NCBI GenBank assembly: GCA_963664465.2
Contig: CAXXSU010000009.1
Span: 2,017 to 66,016, forward strand
DNA length: 64,000 nucleotides
Origin: Alphaproteobacteria bacterium
GTDB lineage: Bacteria > Pseudomonadota > Alphaproteobacteria > UBA8366 > CAVOAK01
Direction: 5' to 3'
Part shown: positions 48,515 through 57,942 of the stretch, piece by piece
Position numbering within the stretch: position 1 is the first letter of the stretch
How the letters are laid out: every line of letters starts with the position of its first letter
Position numbers and translations under genes: made by a program
Notes under the pieces: model-generated
Told to the model about the DNA's origin: nothing
The model's database searches: none
Seen by the model: the letters and a program-made list of their open reading frames with translations, nothing else

Positions 48515-48997
48515 TTAGCGAATGTTGTGCGCGCTACGCAGCCTGACTCGTCGCATTTTCGCCAATAGAGCACGGAGTTCGCTAGCATCTTTCGCTGCAT
48601 GTAGCTTTTCACAAAGTTGTTGGTCGCGCAGCAGACGCGAAATTCGACTCAAGGCCTTCAAATGATCGGCGCCTGCGGCCTCGGGCGTCAGCAGAAGATA
48701 GATCAGACTCACGGGCTTGTCGTCAACGGCGTCGAAGTCGATCGGCGTATCGAGACGCGCGAACAGTCCGTATAGACGGTCGAGTCCCGGTAATTTGCCG
48801 TGGGGAATTGCGAGTCCATTGCCGACACCGGTCGTGCCAAGGCGTTCGCGCTCCAACAGAACGTCGAATATTGCCCGTTCGTGGAGCGATGTGACTTCGG
48901 CCGCGCGTTTCGCGAGTTCCTGCAGGGCTTGCTTTTTCGACGTCACCGGCAGGTTCGCGATGATGCAATGCGGGTCAAGCAGTTCAGTTAGATCCAT
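48515..48997 (-). CDS. ptsN: PTS IIA-like nitrogen regulatory protein PtsN
   Basis: GTTGVGNGLAIPHGKL (phosphorylatable His). It lies in the rpoN-hpf-ptsN context. Confidence 0.92.
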   Translation of the reverse strand: MDLTELLDPHCIIANLPVTSKKQALQELAKRAAEVTSLHERAIFDVLLERERLGTTGVGNGLAIPHGKLPGLDRLYGLFARLDTPIDFDAVDDKPVSLIYLLLTPEAAGADHLKALSRISRLLRDQQLCEKLHAAKDASELRALLAKMRRVRLRSAHNIR

Positions 48998-49015
48998 TAA
49001 GTGCGCCTACGATGC

Positions 49016-49624
49016 CTATGTCTTGCGACCTGTATCAGGAATGTTATGCGGATCGATCCAGCCAATGTTTCCGTCTTCGCGTCTATAAACGGTGTTAAGA
49101 CCACCGTGAGTCCTGTTGCGAAACATCATCGTCGTTAGTTCACGAAGATCCATTTGCATTACGGCCTCGCCGACGGAAAGCGTATCGATTTCGGTTTCGG
49201 CCTCGGCAACAACTATTGGCCTGTCATTCTCGGCTGGGGCGTTGTCTTCACTTGTGACCGGTTGTTCAGGCTCGGCAGCGAGAACATATTGTTGCGCGCG
49301 CTCTGAGTTCTCATAGTTGGCGTGTCGCTTATGATGATCGCGCAGACGGCGCTTGTAACGGCGTAAACGCTTGGATACATGATCAGTCGCGCCCTCGAAC
49401 GCTGCGTAGGGATCCTTGGCGACAGCATGCCCTTGGATGACAATTCGCTTGCCGGCGTGGACTGTGATGTCAGCGCGAAACTTGCGGCCGTCCTTCGATA
49501 AGGTCACCTGCGAATCAGTAGCATTCTCGAAATATTTTGCGACGGATGCTGGAAGCGCTTGTTCAATGTGATCACGAAGCGCATCGCCCACGTCAAGCTG
49601 TTTGCCGGTGACGGAAAGTTGCAT
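49016..49624 (-). CDS. hpf: ribosome hibernation-promoting factor (long form)
   Basis: MQLSVTGKQLDVGDALRDHIE...ITVHAGKRIVIQGHA... plus a C-terminal dimerisation domain. Confidence 0.92.
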   Translation of the reverse strand: MQLSVTGKQLDVGDALRDHIEQALPASVAKYFENATDSQVTLSKDGRKFRADITVHAGKRIVIQGHAVAKDPYAAFEGATDHVSKRLRRYKRRLRDHHKRHANYENSERAQQYVLAAEPEQPVTSEDNAPAENDRPIVVAEAETEIDTLSVGEAVMQMDLRELTTMMFRNRTHGGLNTVYRREDGNIGWIDPHNIPDTGRKT

Positions 49625-49826
49625 AAGCAGTTGTGTCTAAATCAATTCGCGGCTCGGCGGTTGCGGTTCAAATTTAAGTCGCAGCGCTTTGCGCTTGGGC
49701 ACGATAGTGGTGGCCATATCGCAAGTCAACATCCCGCAATTCCGGCGCCCGTCCGCTTCGGATTAGGGTTAGCAATGGGTCGCTAGAAAGCCAAGCCTGG
49801 GACGCATGGATCAGAGATCCCGTCCA

Positions 49827-51359
49827 TCAGAATTCGCGCAATCGCTCGCGGCGGCGTTGCACAGACGAGGCGATGTTCATGGCCTCTCGGTACTTTGCAA
49901 CGGTGCGACGCGCAATTTCGATTCCGTCAACTCTCAAGAGTTCGACAATCTTATCGTCGGAGAGAACCGCTTCGGACAGTTCGTCATCGATTAGTTTCTT
50001 TATGCGAAAGCGTACCGATTCGGCGGAGTATGAATCGCCACCCAAGGCACTAGCAATGGCGGACGTAAAGAAGTACTTCAGCTCGAATGTGCCGCGCGGC
50101 GTTGCGATATATTTGTTCGAAGTGACCCTGCTGACGGTGCTTTCATGCATCTCGATGGCTTCGGCTATGTCGCGCAGGATCAGCGGTCGCAGATGCTCCA
50201 CGCCCCTGGCAAAGAAGGCATCCTGCTGCCGCACGATTTCGCCAGCGACTTTAAGGATCGTCGTCGCCCTCTGGTGCAACGACTTTACAAGCCAATTTGC
50301 CGTTTGGAAGCGTTCTGAGATGTAGTCTTTGTCTTTGCGCTCGCGAGCCGCCCGACTGATTTTTTTGTAGTATTGGCTATTTATGAGGACCCGCGGCAGG
50401 GTCTCCGGGTTCAGCTCGATAATCCAACTGCCGTCTGGGTGTTGGCGCATCAAAACATCGGGTGCGACCGCCTGTACTACAGATATATTTTCGGCTTCTC
50501 CAGGCTTCGGGTTAAGCGTGCGAAGCTCAGCGACTAACGTGCCCAACTCCTCATTGTCGAGACCGCAGATCCGCATCAGTTTGGTAGCGTCGCCCCGCCC
50601 CACAAGCTCAAGATTATCGAGCAGCAAGTCCATTGCCGGCGTCAGCCGGTCTCTGTCTTTCAGCTGGAGCGCCAGGCACTCGCGTAGGTTTCGTGCGAAG
50701 ATTCCCGGCGGTTCAAAACGTTGTAGCTGCTTGAGAACCGATTCGATTCGCTCGATATCGCAGCCAAGTGACTCAGCGACGCTGCAAACGTCGCCGGAAA
50801 GCCAACCACTGTCGTCGAGCAGATCTACCAGCAGGAGACCGATCATGCGATCTGCCGGGATGGCTAGGTCCATATTTATCTGTGCGTGCAGCTTGTCACG
50901 AAGCGTCTCTTCGCCGCTGAGAGTTGCCTCGAGGCCGTCTGTAGGTACTTGGAAATCCGCTCGTCCACCCGATCCGCTGTACGAGTCCGCGAACGCCACC
51001 GTGTCGTATTCGGCACCTCCTGCCGGTATGTCTCCGTCGTCCCAGACATTTTCAAAGTCCGTGTCGAGTGGCTGTTCACCATCGCTCGGCATCGTCTCAG
51101 ACATGGTCTGGTCCATGGTGTCTGCGCCACTTTCACCATCCTCAAAGCCGTCGCTATCGATTTCATCGGCTGCCGACTCAATCGGTGCGCCATCTTCGGG
51201 GTCGTCGCGCTCAAGGAGCGGGTTTTGCTCCAGCTCTGCTTCGACGAATGTGGAAAGTTCGTTGCTCGACATTTGCAGCAGTTTAATCGCCTGCTGCAAC
51301 TGCGGCGTCATGACCAGTGTCTGGGTCTGTCTAAGGTCCAGGCGGGTTGTTAGCGCCAT
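49827..51359 (-). CDS. rpoN: RNA polymerase sigma-54 factor
   Basis: 510 aa, MALTTRLDLRQTQTLVMTPQLQQAIKLLQMS... plus the RpoN box ARRTVAKYREAM. Confidence 0.97.
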   Translation of the reverse strand: MALTTRLDLRQTQTLVMTPQLQQAIKLLQMSSNELSTFVEAELEQNPLLERDDPEDGAPIESAADEIDSDGFEDGESGADTMDQTMSETMPSDGEQPLDTDFENVWDDGDIPAGGAEYDTVAFADSYSGSGGRADFQVPTDGLEATLSGEETLRDKLHAQINMDLAIPADRMIGLLLVDLLDDSGWLSGDVCSVAESLGCDIERIESVLKQLQRFEPPGIFARNLRECLALQLKDRDRLTPAMDLLLDNLELVGRGDATKLMRICGLDNEELGTLVAELRTLNPKPGEAENISVVQAVAPDVLMRQHPDGSWIIELNPETLPRVLINSQYYKKISRAARERKDKDYISERFQTANWLVKSLHQRATTILKVAGEIVRQQDAFFARGVEHLRPLILRDIAEAIEMHESTVSRVTSNKYIATPRGTFELKYFFTSAIASALGGDSYSAESVRFRIKKLIDDELSEAVLSDDKIVELLRVDGIEIARRTVAKYREAMNIASSVQRRRERLREF

Positions 51360-51376
51360 GATGACTCACCGCCGCT

Positions 51377-52216
51377 CTAGAGGCTGAACCTCTCGCCAAG
51401 ATATACCCGCCTTACTTCCTCGTGGGCGACGATCTCGGATGGGGCGCCCTGCATCAACACACGCCCCTCGTGAAGGATGTATGCGCGATCGACGAGATCC
51501 AACGTCTCGCGCACATTGTGCTCGGTAATCAGGACACCGATGCCCCGCTGCTTAAGGTGCGCGACGAGATCGCGGATGTCGCGTACGGCGATTGGATCGA
51601 TTCCAGCAAGCGGCTCGTCGAGCAAGACGAAGTGGGGCTGCGAAGCCAACGCTCGTGCGATCTCAACGCGTCTGCGTTCGCCGCCTGACAGCGCGAGTGA
51701 CGGTGTCCGCCTGAGATGACTGATTGAGAACTCCGCCAGCAAGGAGTCGAGCATCGCCTCCCGGCGGTCGCGATCGCGCTCCGTCAGTTCGAGCACTGCA
51801 CGAATGTTTTGTTCGACGGTCAGTCCACGAAAAATCGATGCCTCCTGTGGCAAATAGCCTATGCCGAGCCTGGCACGGCGATACATCGGCAGATCGGAAA
51901 TATCCTGGCCGTCAAGCGTGATCTGACCGTAATCAGCCGCAATCAAACCCGTGATGATGTAGAAGCAGGTCGTCTTGCCGGCACCGTTGGGACCCAGCAA
52001 CCCTACCGCCTCACCACGTTGCACCGCCAAACTTACATCGCGCAAAACTGGGCGTTTCTTGAATTGCTTGCCAAGGTTGCTTGCCACCAGTCCAGGGTTG
52101 CTCGCAACAAGACGCGGCGAGCGTGCATCCCCGCGCAGTGGTTCACCGGCCTGGCCATCAGAAGGCGTCATGACGGCGAAACTTTCAGGAACAGGCTCGA
52201 GAAATACGAATGCCAC
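51377..52216 (-). CDS. lptB: LPS export ABC transporter ATP-binding protein LptB
   Basis: GLLGPNGAGKTT...LSGGERRRVEIARAL...LLDEP. The start is uncertain (52216 or 52171). Confidence 0.93.
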   Translation of the reverse strand: MAFVFLEPVPESFAVMTPSDGQAGEPLRGDARSPRLVASNPGLVASNLGKQFKKRPVLRDVSLAVQRGEAVGLLGPNGAGKTTCFYIITGLIAADYGQITLDGQDISDLPMYRRARLGIGYLPQEASIFRGLTVEQNIRAVLELTERDRDRREAMLDSLLAEFSISHLRRTPSLALSGGERRRVEIARALASQPHFVLLDEPLAGIDPIAVRDIRDLVAHLKQRGIGVLITEHNVRETLDLVDRAYILHEGRVLMQGAPSEIVAHEEVRRVYLGERFSL

Positions 52217-52219
52217 ATA

Positions 52220-53011
52220 CTATTGCCCACCTTTGGGTATGATCAGTCCACTGACTCGGCCGGTTCCCCCAAGTATCCGACTAATGCCGGTGTTCAAATT
52301 GACCTCCGCGCACTCGCCATTCAACTGACTGTCGCCACGTGTGATACGCACATTTCCACACAATGTCGCAATTCCATCATCGAGAACATACACGGCTTCG
52401 TCACCGCGCGCGATTTCCGTCGGTGTCGAGATGTGCACGTCGCCAAATGCATCGATCTGTTCAATGCCTTGATTTCCCGAAGAGCTGACCGCGAAATGGG
52501 CCGTAAGAATATCGGCTTTGAGTCGGTTGTCGCCTTGTATGACGATCGCCTCACCTCTGGCGACGGCCAGTTGCTTGTTTTGCCAATACTCTAAACTGTC
52601 GCGTGCGGTGATCACTGCGTCGGTCGTTTCAAACCGCAAGTTGCTGCCAAGTAGAACTATGACCGCCTCGTCCATGTGATAGACCGCTTTGTCGCCAAAC
52701 GCGCGCTCCGTGGCCGATATGATGCGGACGTTACCATCGGCGTCGACTCGAAAAATCTGCTGCCCATCTCCATTTGCTTCGACTCGGTAATAGGCGGTCA
52801 GCGTATCTGCTAAAACCTCAATTCCGGCGCGCGCGGCGCGTGCGTTGCCACGCGCAACATAGGTTTTGGCATCGCGGATCCACTCGATACCGTCTTCCGC
52901 CTCAATTTCGATAGAGTCATCGACGCTCGGGTCCGCGATATCTTGTGCGTGGCTGGCACTGGCAACCAAGGCAATGCCGACCATCCAAGCGAGCAGCGGC
53001 CTTAGGCTCAT
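52220..53011 (-). CDS. lptA: LPS transport periplasmic protein LptA (OstA-like)
   Basis: It has a signal peptide and an OstA-like beta-jellyroll repeat pattern. It sits between lptC and lptB. Confidence 0.85.
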   Translation of the reverse strand: MSLRPLLAWMVGIALVASASHAQDIADPSVDDSIEIEAEDGIEWIRDAKTYVARGNARAARAGIEVLADTLTAYYRVEANGDGQQIFRVDADGNVRIISATERAFGDKAVYHMDEAVIVLLGSNLRFETTDAVITARDSLEYWQNKQLAVARGEAIVIQGDNRLKADILTAHFAVSSSGNQGIEQIDAFGDVHISTPTEIARGDEAVYVLDDGIATLCGNVRITRGDSQLNGECAEVNLNTGISRILGGTGRVSGLIIPKGGQ

Positions 53012-53679
53012 TCGTCACCCCCGCGGTTCAGATGGATGATGACTCTCGATTGGCCGACAAGCTCCACACGTTCGCCCTGGTTGTGAATTCGAAATCCGGC
53101 AGCTGAGAACTGCCCGAATGGGCCTTGACCCGTGACTTGTTCCTGGCCAATTGCATCGCCGGCCATCAAATCGAAGATGGCGTTCGTCGTATGGAATTCG
53201 TAGCCGCTGTCGTGAAACAGGTTTACGGCGCCAGTGAGTTCCAAAATTTGCGACTCACGATCGAATATTCCGTCCTCCGCGGTCAGTGCGATCCAAGACT
53301 TATCGGAAAGGAGGATATCTGCTTTGGGGGCTTCCAAATTGACGAGGCGCGCTTCCGCTGATTTCTGGTCCGCGGAATTAGCGGTTATCGCATATGGACG
53401 GCTGTTGCGGTCCACGCCGGTGTAACGCGCATTCAGCATGCGAAAATTTTCCGCATCCTCGGGACTGATCGCAACAGGATCGATTCGGAATCGGCCGTCT
53501 TGTTCGGAGAGGTGCGGCCACGCAAACACCAGGGCGATCAGAATTACGGCCACCGTGGGCAGTAACATTTTCATAATGCCGACGAAACGACCGTAGCCGG
53601 CGTCTACGCGGCGCGGGTCTCCTGGGTTCGCAAAACTGGCAAACTGGGTCGCTGTCGGACCCGCCAATGTCGTGGCCAT
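53008..53679 (-). CDS. lptC: LPS export system protein LptC
   Basis: It has a single N-terminal TM segment (LLPTVAVILIALVFAW) and the conserved gene position. The start is set at 53679. Confidence 0.75.
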   Translation of the reverse strand: MATTLAGPTATQFASFANPGDPRRVDAGYGRFVGIMKMLLPTVAVILIALVFAWPHLSEQDGRFRIDPVAISPEDAENFRMLNARYTGVDRNSRPYAITANSADQKSAEARLVNLEAPKADILLSDKSWIALTAEDGIFDRESQILELTGAVNLFHDSGYEFHTTNAIFDLMAGDAIGQEQVTGQGPFGQFSAAGFRIHNQGERVELVGQSRVIIHLNRGGDE

Positions 53680-53683
53680 GACG

Positions 53684-54688
53684 CTACCTAACTCCGGCGC
53701 GCAAAAGGTCGTGGATATGAACGATACCCACCGGCCCTGCGTCCTCGACGACAAACAGTGCCGTAATCGGCCGCGCCGGATCGTTCATGAGAGCGAGCGC
53801 TTCCACGGCGAGTGCCTGAGGGTGAATGGTCCTCGGGGCGGCCGTCATCACTTCGTTGGCTGTTCGCCCGAACAAATCCTGGTCCATATGTCGACGGAGG
53901 TCGCCGTCTGTAATGATGCCGATGAGATTGCTCTCACCGTCGACAACGCCGAGGCAGCCGAATCTCTTTGATGTCATCAAGATAATGGCCTCGCTCATGA
54001 GCTGATCGGGCGCGCACAGCGGTACCGACTCTCCGGTATGCATGAGTTCGCTCACGCGACGCAGGCTGGCACCCAGTCGGCCGCCTGGATGAAGTAAGCT
54101 GTAGTCCTCGGCGGAAAAACCCTTGCGTTGCAAAAGAGCGATTGCAATTGCGTCGCCCAAGGCCATCGAGGCCGCCGACGACGTCGTTGGCGCCAGGCCC
54201 ATTGGGCAGGCCTCTGGAACCGATGGTAGGAGGAGCGTGATATCCGCTGTCTCGGCGAGTGTGCTGTTATCGTTCGCGGTGATGGCTATTAGGGGTATCG
54301 AGAAGCGCCGCGTGTATTCAAGAATATCGCGCAGTTCAGCGTTTCCTCCGGAATTCGACAATGCAATCACTGCGTCGTGCTGTTTGATCATACCGAGATC
54401 GCCGTGGCTCGCCTCGGCTGGATGAACGTAAAATGCGGGCGTTCCGGTTGAGGCGAGCGTCGCAGCAATTTTACCGGCGATGTGGCCGCTTTTGCCAATG
54501 CCGGTAACGATGATTCGTCCGCGAGCGGATTCGAGCAGATCCAGTGCTTTTCGAAAGTTCTCGTCGACCAACTTGGACAGCGCCCGGATGCCCTCTGCTT
54601 CCAGTTCGAACACGCGCAAAGCCGCTTCAGCATCGGTTTTTGGTTCGATCGTTCGTTTTGCTTCGAGTTCGGCGTTTGGGAGGCTCAT
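53684..54688 (-). CDS. kpsF: KpsF/GutQ-family arabinose-5-phosphate isomerase
   Basis: It has a SIS domain (VTGIGKSGHIAGKIAATLASTG) and tandem CBS domains. Confidence 0.92.
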   Translation of the reverse strand: MSLPNAELEAKRTIEPKTDAEAALRVFELEAEGIRALSKLVDENFRKALDLLESARGRIIVTGIGKSGHIAGKIAATLASTGTPAFYVHPAEASHGDLGMIKQHDAVIALSNSGGNAELRDILEYTRRFSIPLIAITANDNSTLAETADITLLLPSVPEACPMGLAPTTSSAASMALGDAIAIALLQRKGFSAEDYSLLHPGGRLGASLRRVSELMHTGESVPLCAPDQLMSEAIILMTSKRFGCLGVVDGESNLIGIITDGDLRRHMDQDLFGRTANEVMTAAPRTIHPQALAVEALALMNDPARPITALFVVEDAGPVGIVHIHDLLRAGVR

Positions 54689-54848
54689 TGCACAGTCATC
54701 GCTGGTTCAATCTTCGTCGGGCGAGGTAGCCGCCTGCGGCGGACTTGCCAGCCTTCGAGCGCCCTAGGCGAGATCGAAGACTCGCCCAGCAAGTATGCCG
54801 CGTGATCCGAGAAACGTCAATGAATCCAATTGGATTCTAGTAATCTAT

Positions 54849-55463
54849 TCAACTATGCGCGAAGATATCGACGTGTTCCCAGCCCATAAGATCGAGTTCT
54901 GCTCGGACAATCAGAAAATCAAACGCGGCCTGCGCAATATGGCTGCGGCCTTCACGCGCCAGCATGATATCCAGCTTCTCGCGCAGCGCGTGCAAATGCA
55001 AGACATCGGACGCCGCATAGCTCAGCTGTGCCTCGGAAAGTTCCGCGCTGCCCCAATCGGACGACTGCTGCTGCTTTGACACCTCGACACCGAGCAGTTC
55101 CCGGCATAGATCCTTTAAGCCGTGCCGGTCGGTATAGGTGCGGGCCAGTTTGGACGCGATCTTCGTGCAATAGAGCGGCGTACAGTCGACTTCAAGAAAC
55201 TGTCGTATGATGGCGGTATCGAAGCGCGCGAAGTGAAACAGCTTTAGCACCCCTGGGTCACCCAGCAGACGTTTGAGGTTCGGCGCGCTGTAATCCCCAA
55301 CGGCAAATTGCACCAGGTGGCATGCGCCGTCGCCCGCCGAAAGCTGAGCAACACAAAGCCTGTCGCTAAAGGGGTTAAGCCCCATCGTTTCCGTATCGAC
55401 CGCGACGATGCTGCCGAGGTCGAGACCATCTGGCAGATCGCCGTGGTGTAGCTCGATGGCCAA
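54849..55463 (-). CDS. RNase D-like 3'-5' exonuclease (short form)
   Basis: A TTG start at 55463 (AGAGGA upstream) gives (M)AIELHHGDLP...VAVDTETMGLNP...KLFHFARFD...YAASDVLHLH (DEDD motifs). The longer ORF-track version would run through tRNA-Leu. Confidence 0.8.
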   Translation of the reverse strand: MAIELHHGDLPDGLDLGSIVAVDTETMGLNPFSDRLCVAQLSAGDGACHLVQFAVGDYSAPNLKRLLGDPGVLKLFHFARFDTAIIRQFLEVDCTPLYCTKIASKLARTYTDRHGLKDLCRELLGVEVSKQQQSSDWGSAELSEAQLSYAASDVLHLHALREKLDIMLAREGRSHIAQAAFDFLIVRAELDLMGWEHVDIFAHS

Positions 55464-55504
55464 AGGCGTTCCTCTGACAATTCGTTGAAATAAACCCGCA
55501 AATC

Positions 55505-55591
55505 TGGTGCCCAGGAGAAGACTCGAACTTCCACGACCTTGCGGCCACAGGTACCTGAAACCTGCGCGTCTACCAATTCCGCCACCTGGGC
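55505..55591 (-). tRNA. tRNA-Leu (anticodon CAG)
   Basis: The reverse complement is GCCCAGGTGGCGGAATTGGTAGACGCGCAGGTTTCAGGTACCTGTGGCCGCAAGGTCGTGGAAGTTCGAGTCTTCTCCTGGGCACCA. It is 87 nt with a long variable arm and the anticodon loop UUCAGGU. Confidence 0.95.
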
Positions 55592-55706
55592 GATTTTGCG
55601 CTCGCATTGTGTGCATGAGAGGGGGATTGTCAACCGGCATTTGCGCTGGTTTTGAGCCGCTTCAGCCGATAAGCTGCGGCAGTTAAAACTCGATGATTTG
55701 GAAGAT

Positions 55707-56717
55707 ATGGCGGACCCAAAAATGGCGACCAAACTTGTCACCGTGTTTGGCGGTTCAGGATTCATCGGTCGGCATTTGGTCGGCCGACTCGCCGCGTCAG
55801 GGGCACAGATTCGCGTCGCCGTTCGACACCCCGATGCGGCAACATTTCTAAAGCCGATGGGTGATGTCGGCCAGATCACGCCGGTTCAGGCGAACGTGCG
55901 CCAAGCCGATTCCGTGCGGGCGGCGCTCGACGGCGCCGACGCTGTTGTCAATCTGGTCGGTATTCTTTCTGAATCTCGTCTCCAACGATTCGATGCCGTG
56001 CACCGCGATGGTGCGGCGCATATCGCACAGTCTGCAATACAGACCGGCGTGAAGCGTCTAGTTCACCTCTCTTCGTTGGGCGCATCGACTGATTCAACGT
56101 CTCATTATGCCCGATCCAAGTGGTCGGGAGAGGTCGCCGTAAGCGAGGCATTCCCAAAGGCGTCAATTCTCCGTCCAAGCGTTGTTTTTGGACCCGAGGA
56201 CGACTTCGTAAATCGGTTTGCGGCGCTTGCGCGAATATCACCCGTCCTGCCGGTATTTGGTTGTCCGTTTCCGCGTTTTGTTGGGGGCCGGCTGGACATA
56301 TTTGGAGAGGGCGGCACCAAGTTCCAGCCCGTCTATGTTGGCGATGTCGCCGCTGCCGTCATGACATGCTTAGGGGAGCGCCGGACACAGGGTCAGGTTT
56401 ATGAACTTGGCGGCCCGCACGTATATAGTTTCAAGCAGTTGATGGAGCTGATCCTGCGTGAAACAGGACGCCGTAGTCTGCTCGTACCCATGCCGTCTTG
56501 GTTGGCCAAACTGCAGGCATACTTTCTCGAGTTTCTGCCGAACCCGCCTTTGACGAGAGATCAAATCGCGCAGCTCAGGCGCGACAACACGGTGAGCGGT
56601 ACACTGGGTACGCTCAAAACGCTTGGCATTAGCCCGACTGCGGCCGACGTCATCCTGCCCACCTATCTGGATAGGTTTCGTCGCGGTGGACGCTTTAGCA
56701 GTGCCCAGCCTGCCTAG
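55707..56717 (+). CDS. NAD(P)-binding SDR-family protein (complex I NDUFA9-like)
   Basis: VTVFGGSGFIGRHLVGRL (Rossmann motif)...YARSK. The start is uncertain (55698, 55707 or 55722). Confidence 0.8.
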   Translation: MADPKMATKLVTVFGGSGFIGRHLVGRLAASGAQIRVAVRHPDAATFLKPMGDVGQITPVQANVRQADSVRAALDGADAVVNLVGILSESRLQRFDAVHRDGAAHIAQSAIQTGVKRLVHLSSLGASTDSTSHYARSKWSGEVAVSEAFPKASILRPSVVFGPEDDFVNRFAALARISPVLPVFGCPFPRFVGGRLDIFGEGGTKFQPVYVGDVAAAVMTCLGERRTQGQVYELGGPHVYSFKQLMELILRETGRRSLLVPMPSWLAKLQAYFLEFLPNPPLTRDQIAQLRRDNTVSGTLGTLKTLGISPTAADVILPTYLDRFRRGGRFSSAQPA

Positions 56718-56741
56718 GCGGGAATGAGCGCGGGACGCATC

Positions 56742-57548
56742 TCAGGCCGCCAGGAAATAGATCCACACGAGGAGACCGCCGCCCAGCGCTATGCGGTAGA
56801 TCACGAATGGCGTAAAGCTCGATTTTCTGAGCCACCGCATCATGACTGCAATCGCGATCATTCCGGCGACAAAAGACAAAGCCGTTGCGAAGAAGGCTGA
56901 AACTTGCAGCGTCGCGTAGCCGCTGTGGAGCAAGTCCAATCCCGTCAACGCGCCTGCGCCGACAATCGTTGGTACCGATAGCAGTATTGAAAATCTTGCG
57001 GCTTCGGTGCGCTCCATACCGAGCATGCGACCGGCCGTCATCGTGATGCCGGCCCTGCTTGTGCCGGGTATGAGCGCCAACACCTGTGCCAGTCCGATGA
57101 ACAGGGCGCTTCCGTAATGTAAATGCTCGACCCGTCTGACCGTCATGCCCAACTGGTCTGAAATCCACAGCACAATTGCAAATCCAAGCGTGGTCCAGGC
57201 AATCAGTTCAACGCTTCGAAATCCATGCGGAAAATAGCGATTGAGCAGAAATCCGCCAACGATGACCGGAAGTGTTGCGATCACCAGAAAATATACAAGC
57301 CGCGACCTCGGATCCCGCCGACCGGATAGCAATCGCGCCGCACCGACGCCAAGTGAAAGCAAATCACGCCAAAAATAGGCGATGACGGCAAACAATGTAC
57401 CGACATGGACCGCCACATCGATCACCAGGCTCTGGTCATCCAATTTGAGTATTTTAGAGGCCAGAATTAGGTGCCCAGACGAGCTAATCGGCAGGAATTC
57501 CGTTAAACCCTGCACCATTGCCAATAGCGTTATATGGTATATTCCCAC
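56742..57548 (-). CDS. uppP: undecaprenyl-diphosphate phosphatase
   Basis: LGLVQGLTEFLPISSSGHL-like (MVQGLTEFLPISSSGHL)...PGTSRAG. It has 8 TM-like segments. Confidence 0.95.
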   Translation of the reverse strand: MGIYHITLLAMVQGLTEFLPISSSGHLILASKILKLDDQSLVIDVAVHVGTLFAVIAYFWRDLLSLGVGAARLLSGRRDPRSRLVYFLVIATLPVIVGGFLLNRYFPHGFRSVELIAWTTLGFAIVLWISDQLGMTVRRVEHLHYGSALFIGLAQVLALIPGTSRAGITMTAGRMLGMERTEAARFSILLSVPTIVGAGALTGLDLLHSGYATLQVSAFFATALSFVAGMIAIAVMMRWLRKSSFTPFVIYRIALGGGLLVWIYFLAA

Positions 57549-57615
57549 CTACGAAACCCCAAGATACTGTGGCCAGAGTGTTATACCATCCCCCTTTCCG
57601 GCGCGTCAGCCAAAT

Positions 57616-57658
57616 TATCGCCAAGATTAGTTCCAATATGGTACTAATCTTGGCGATA
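57616..57658. repeat. perfect 16-bp inverted repeat with an 11-nt spacer
   Basis: TATCGCCAAGATTAGT (57616-57631), tccaatatggt, ACTAATCTTGGCGATA (57643-57658). It lies in the uppP/gltD divergent intergenic region. Confidence 0.95.
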
Positions 57659-57942
57659 GGCGGTCTTAGTGGGTTCGAATTTCTGAGTGCCTGGGCCTGG
57701 GTGCCCGATATTCGGTAGAGTTTAGGTCAACATGCATGACCAAACTTTCACTTTTTTCCTCGCATTGTCGTGAATATATGCGCTACCCTTAAGGTAGCCG
57801 AGGTCAAGATTCGTCGAAAATCGGCAGTAAGAAGCCGAAATTGGGGCACTCAATAGGACCAACTGCGCGATGACGGCGGATTTTTGCTTCCGTTGCAGGT
57901 AGTGAGATGACCCTTGGGAAGGGAGCGCACGTGTCGCAGCAG

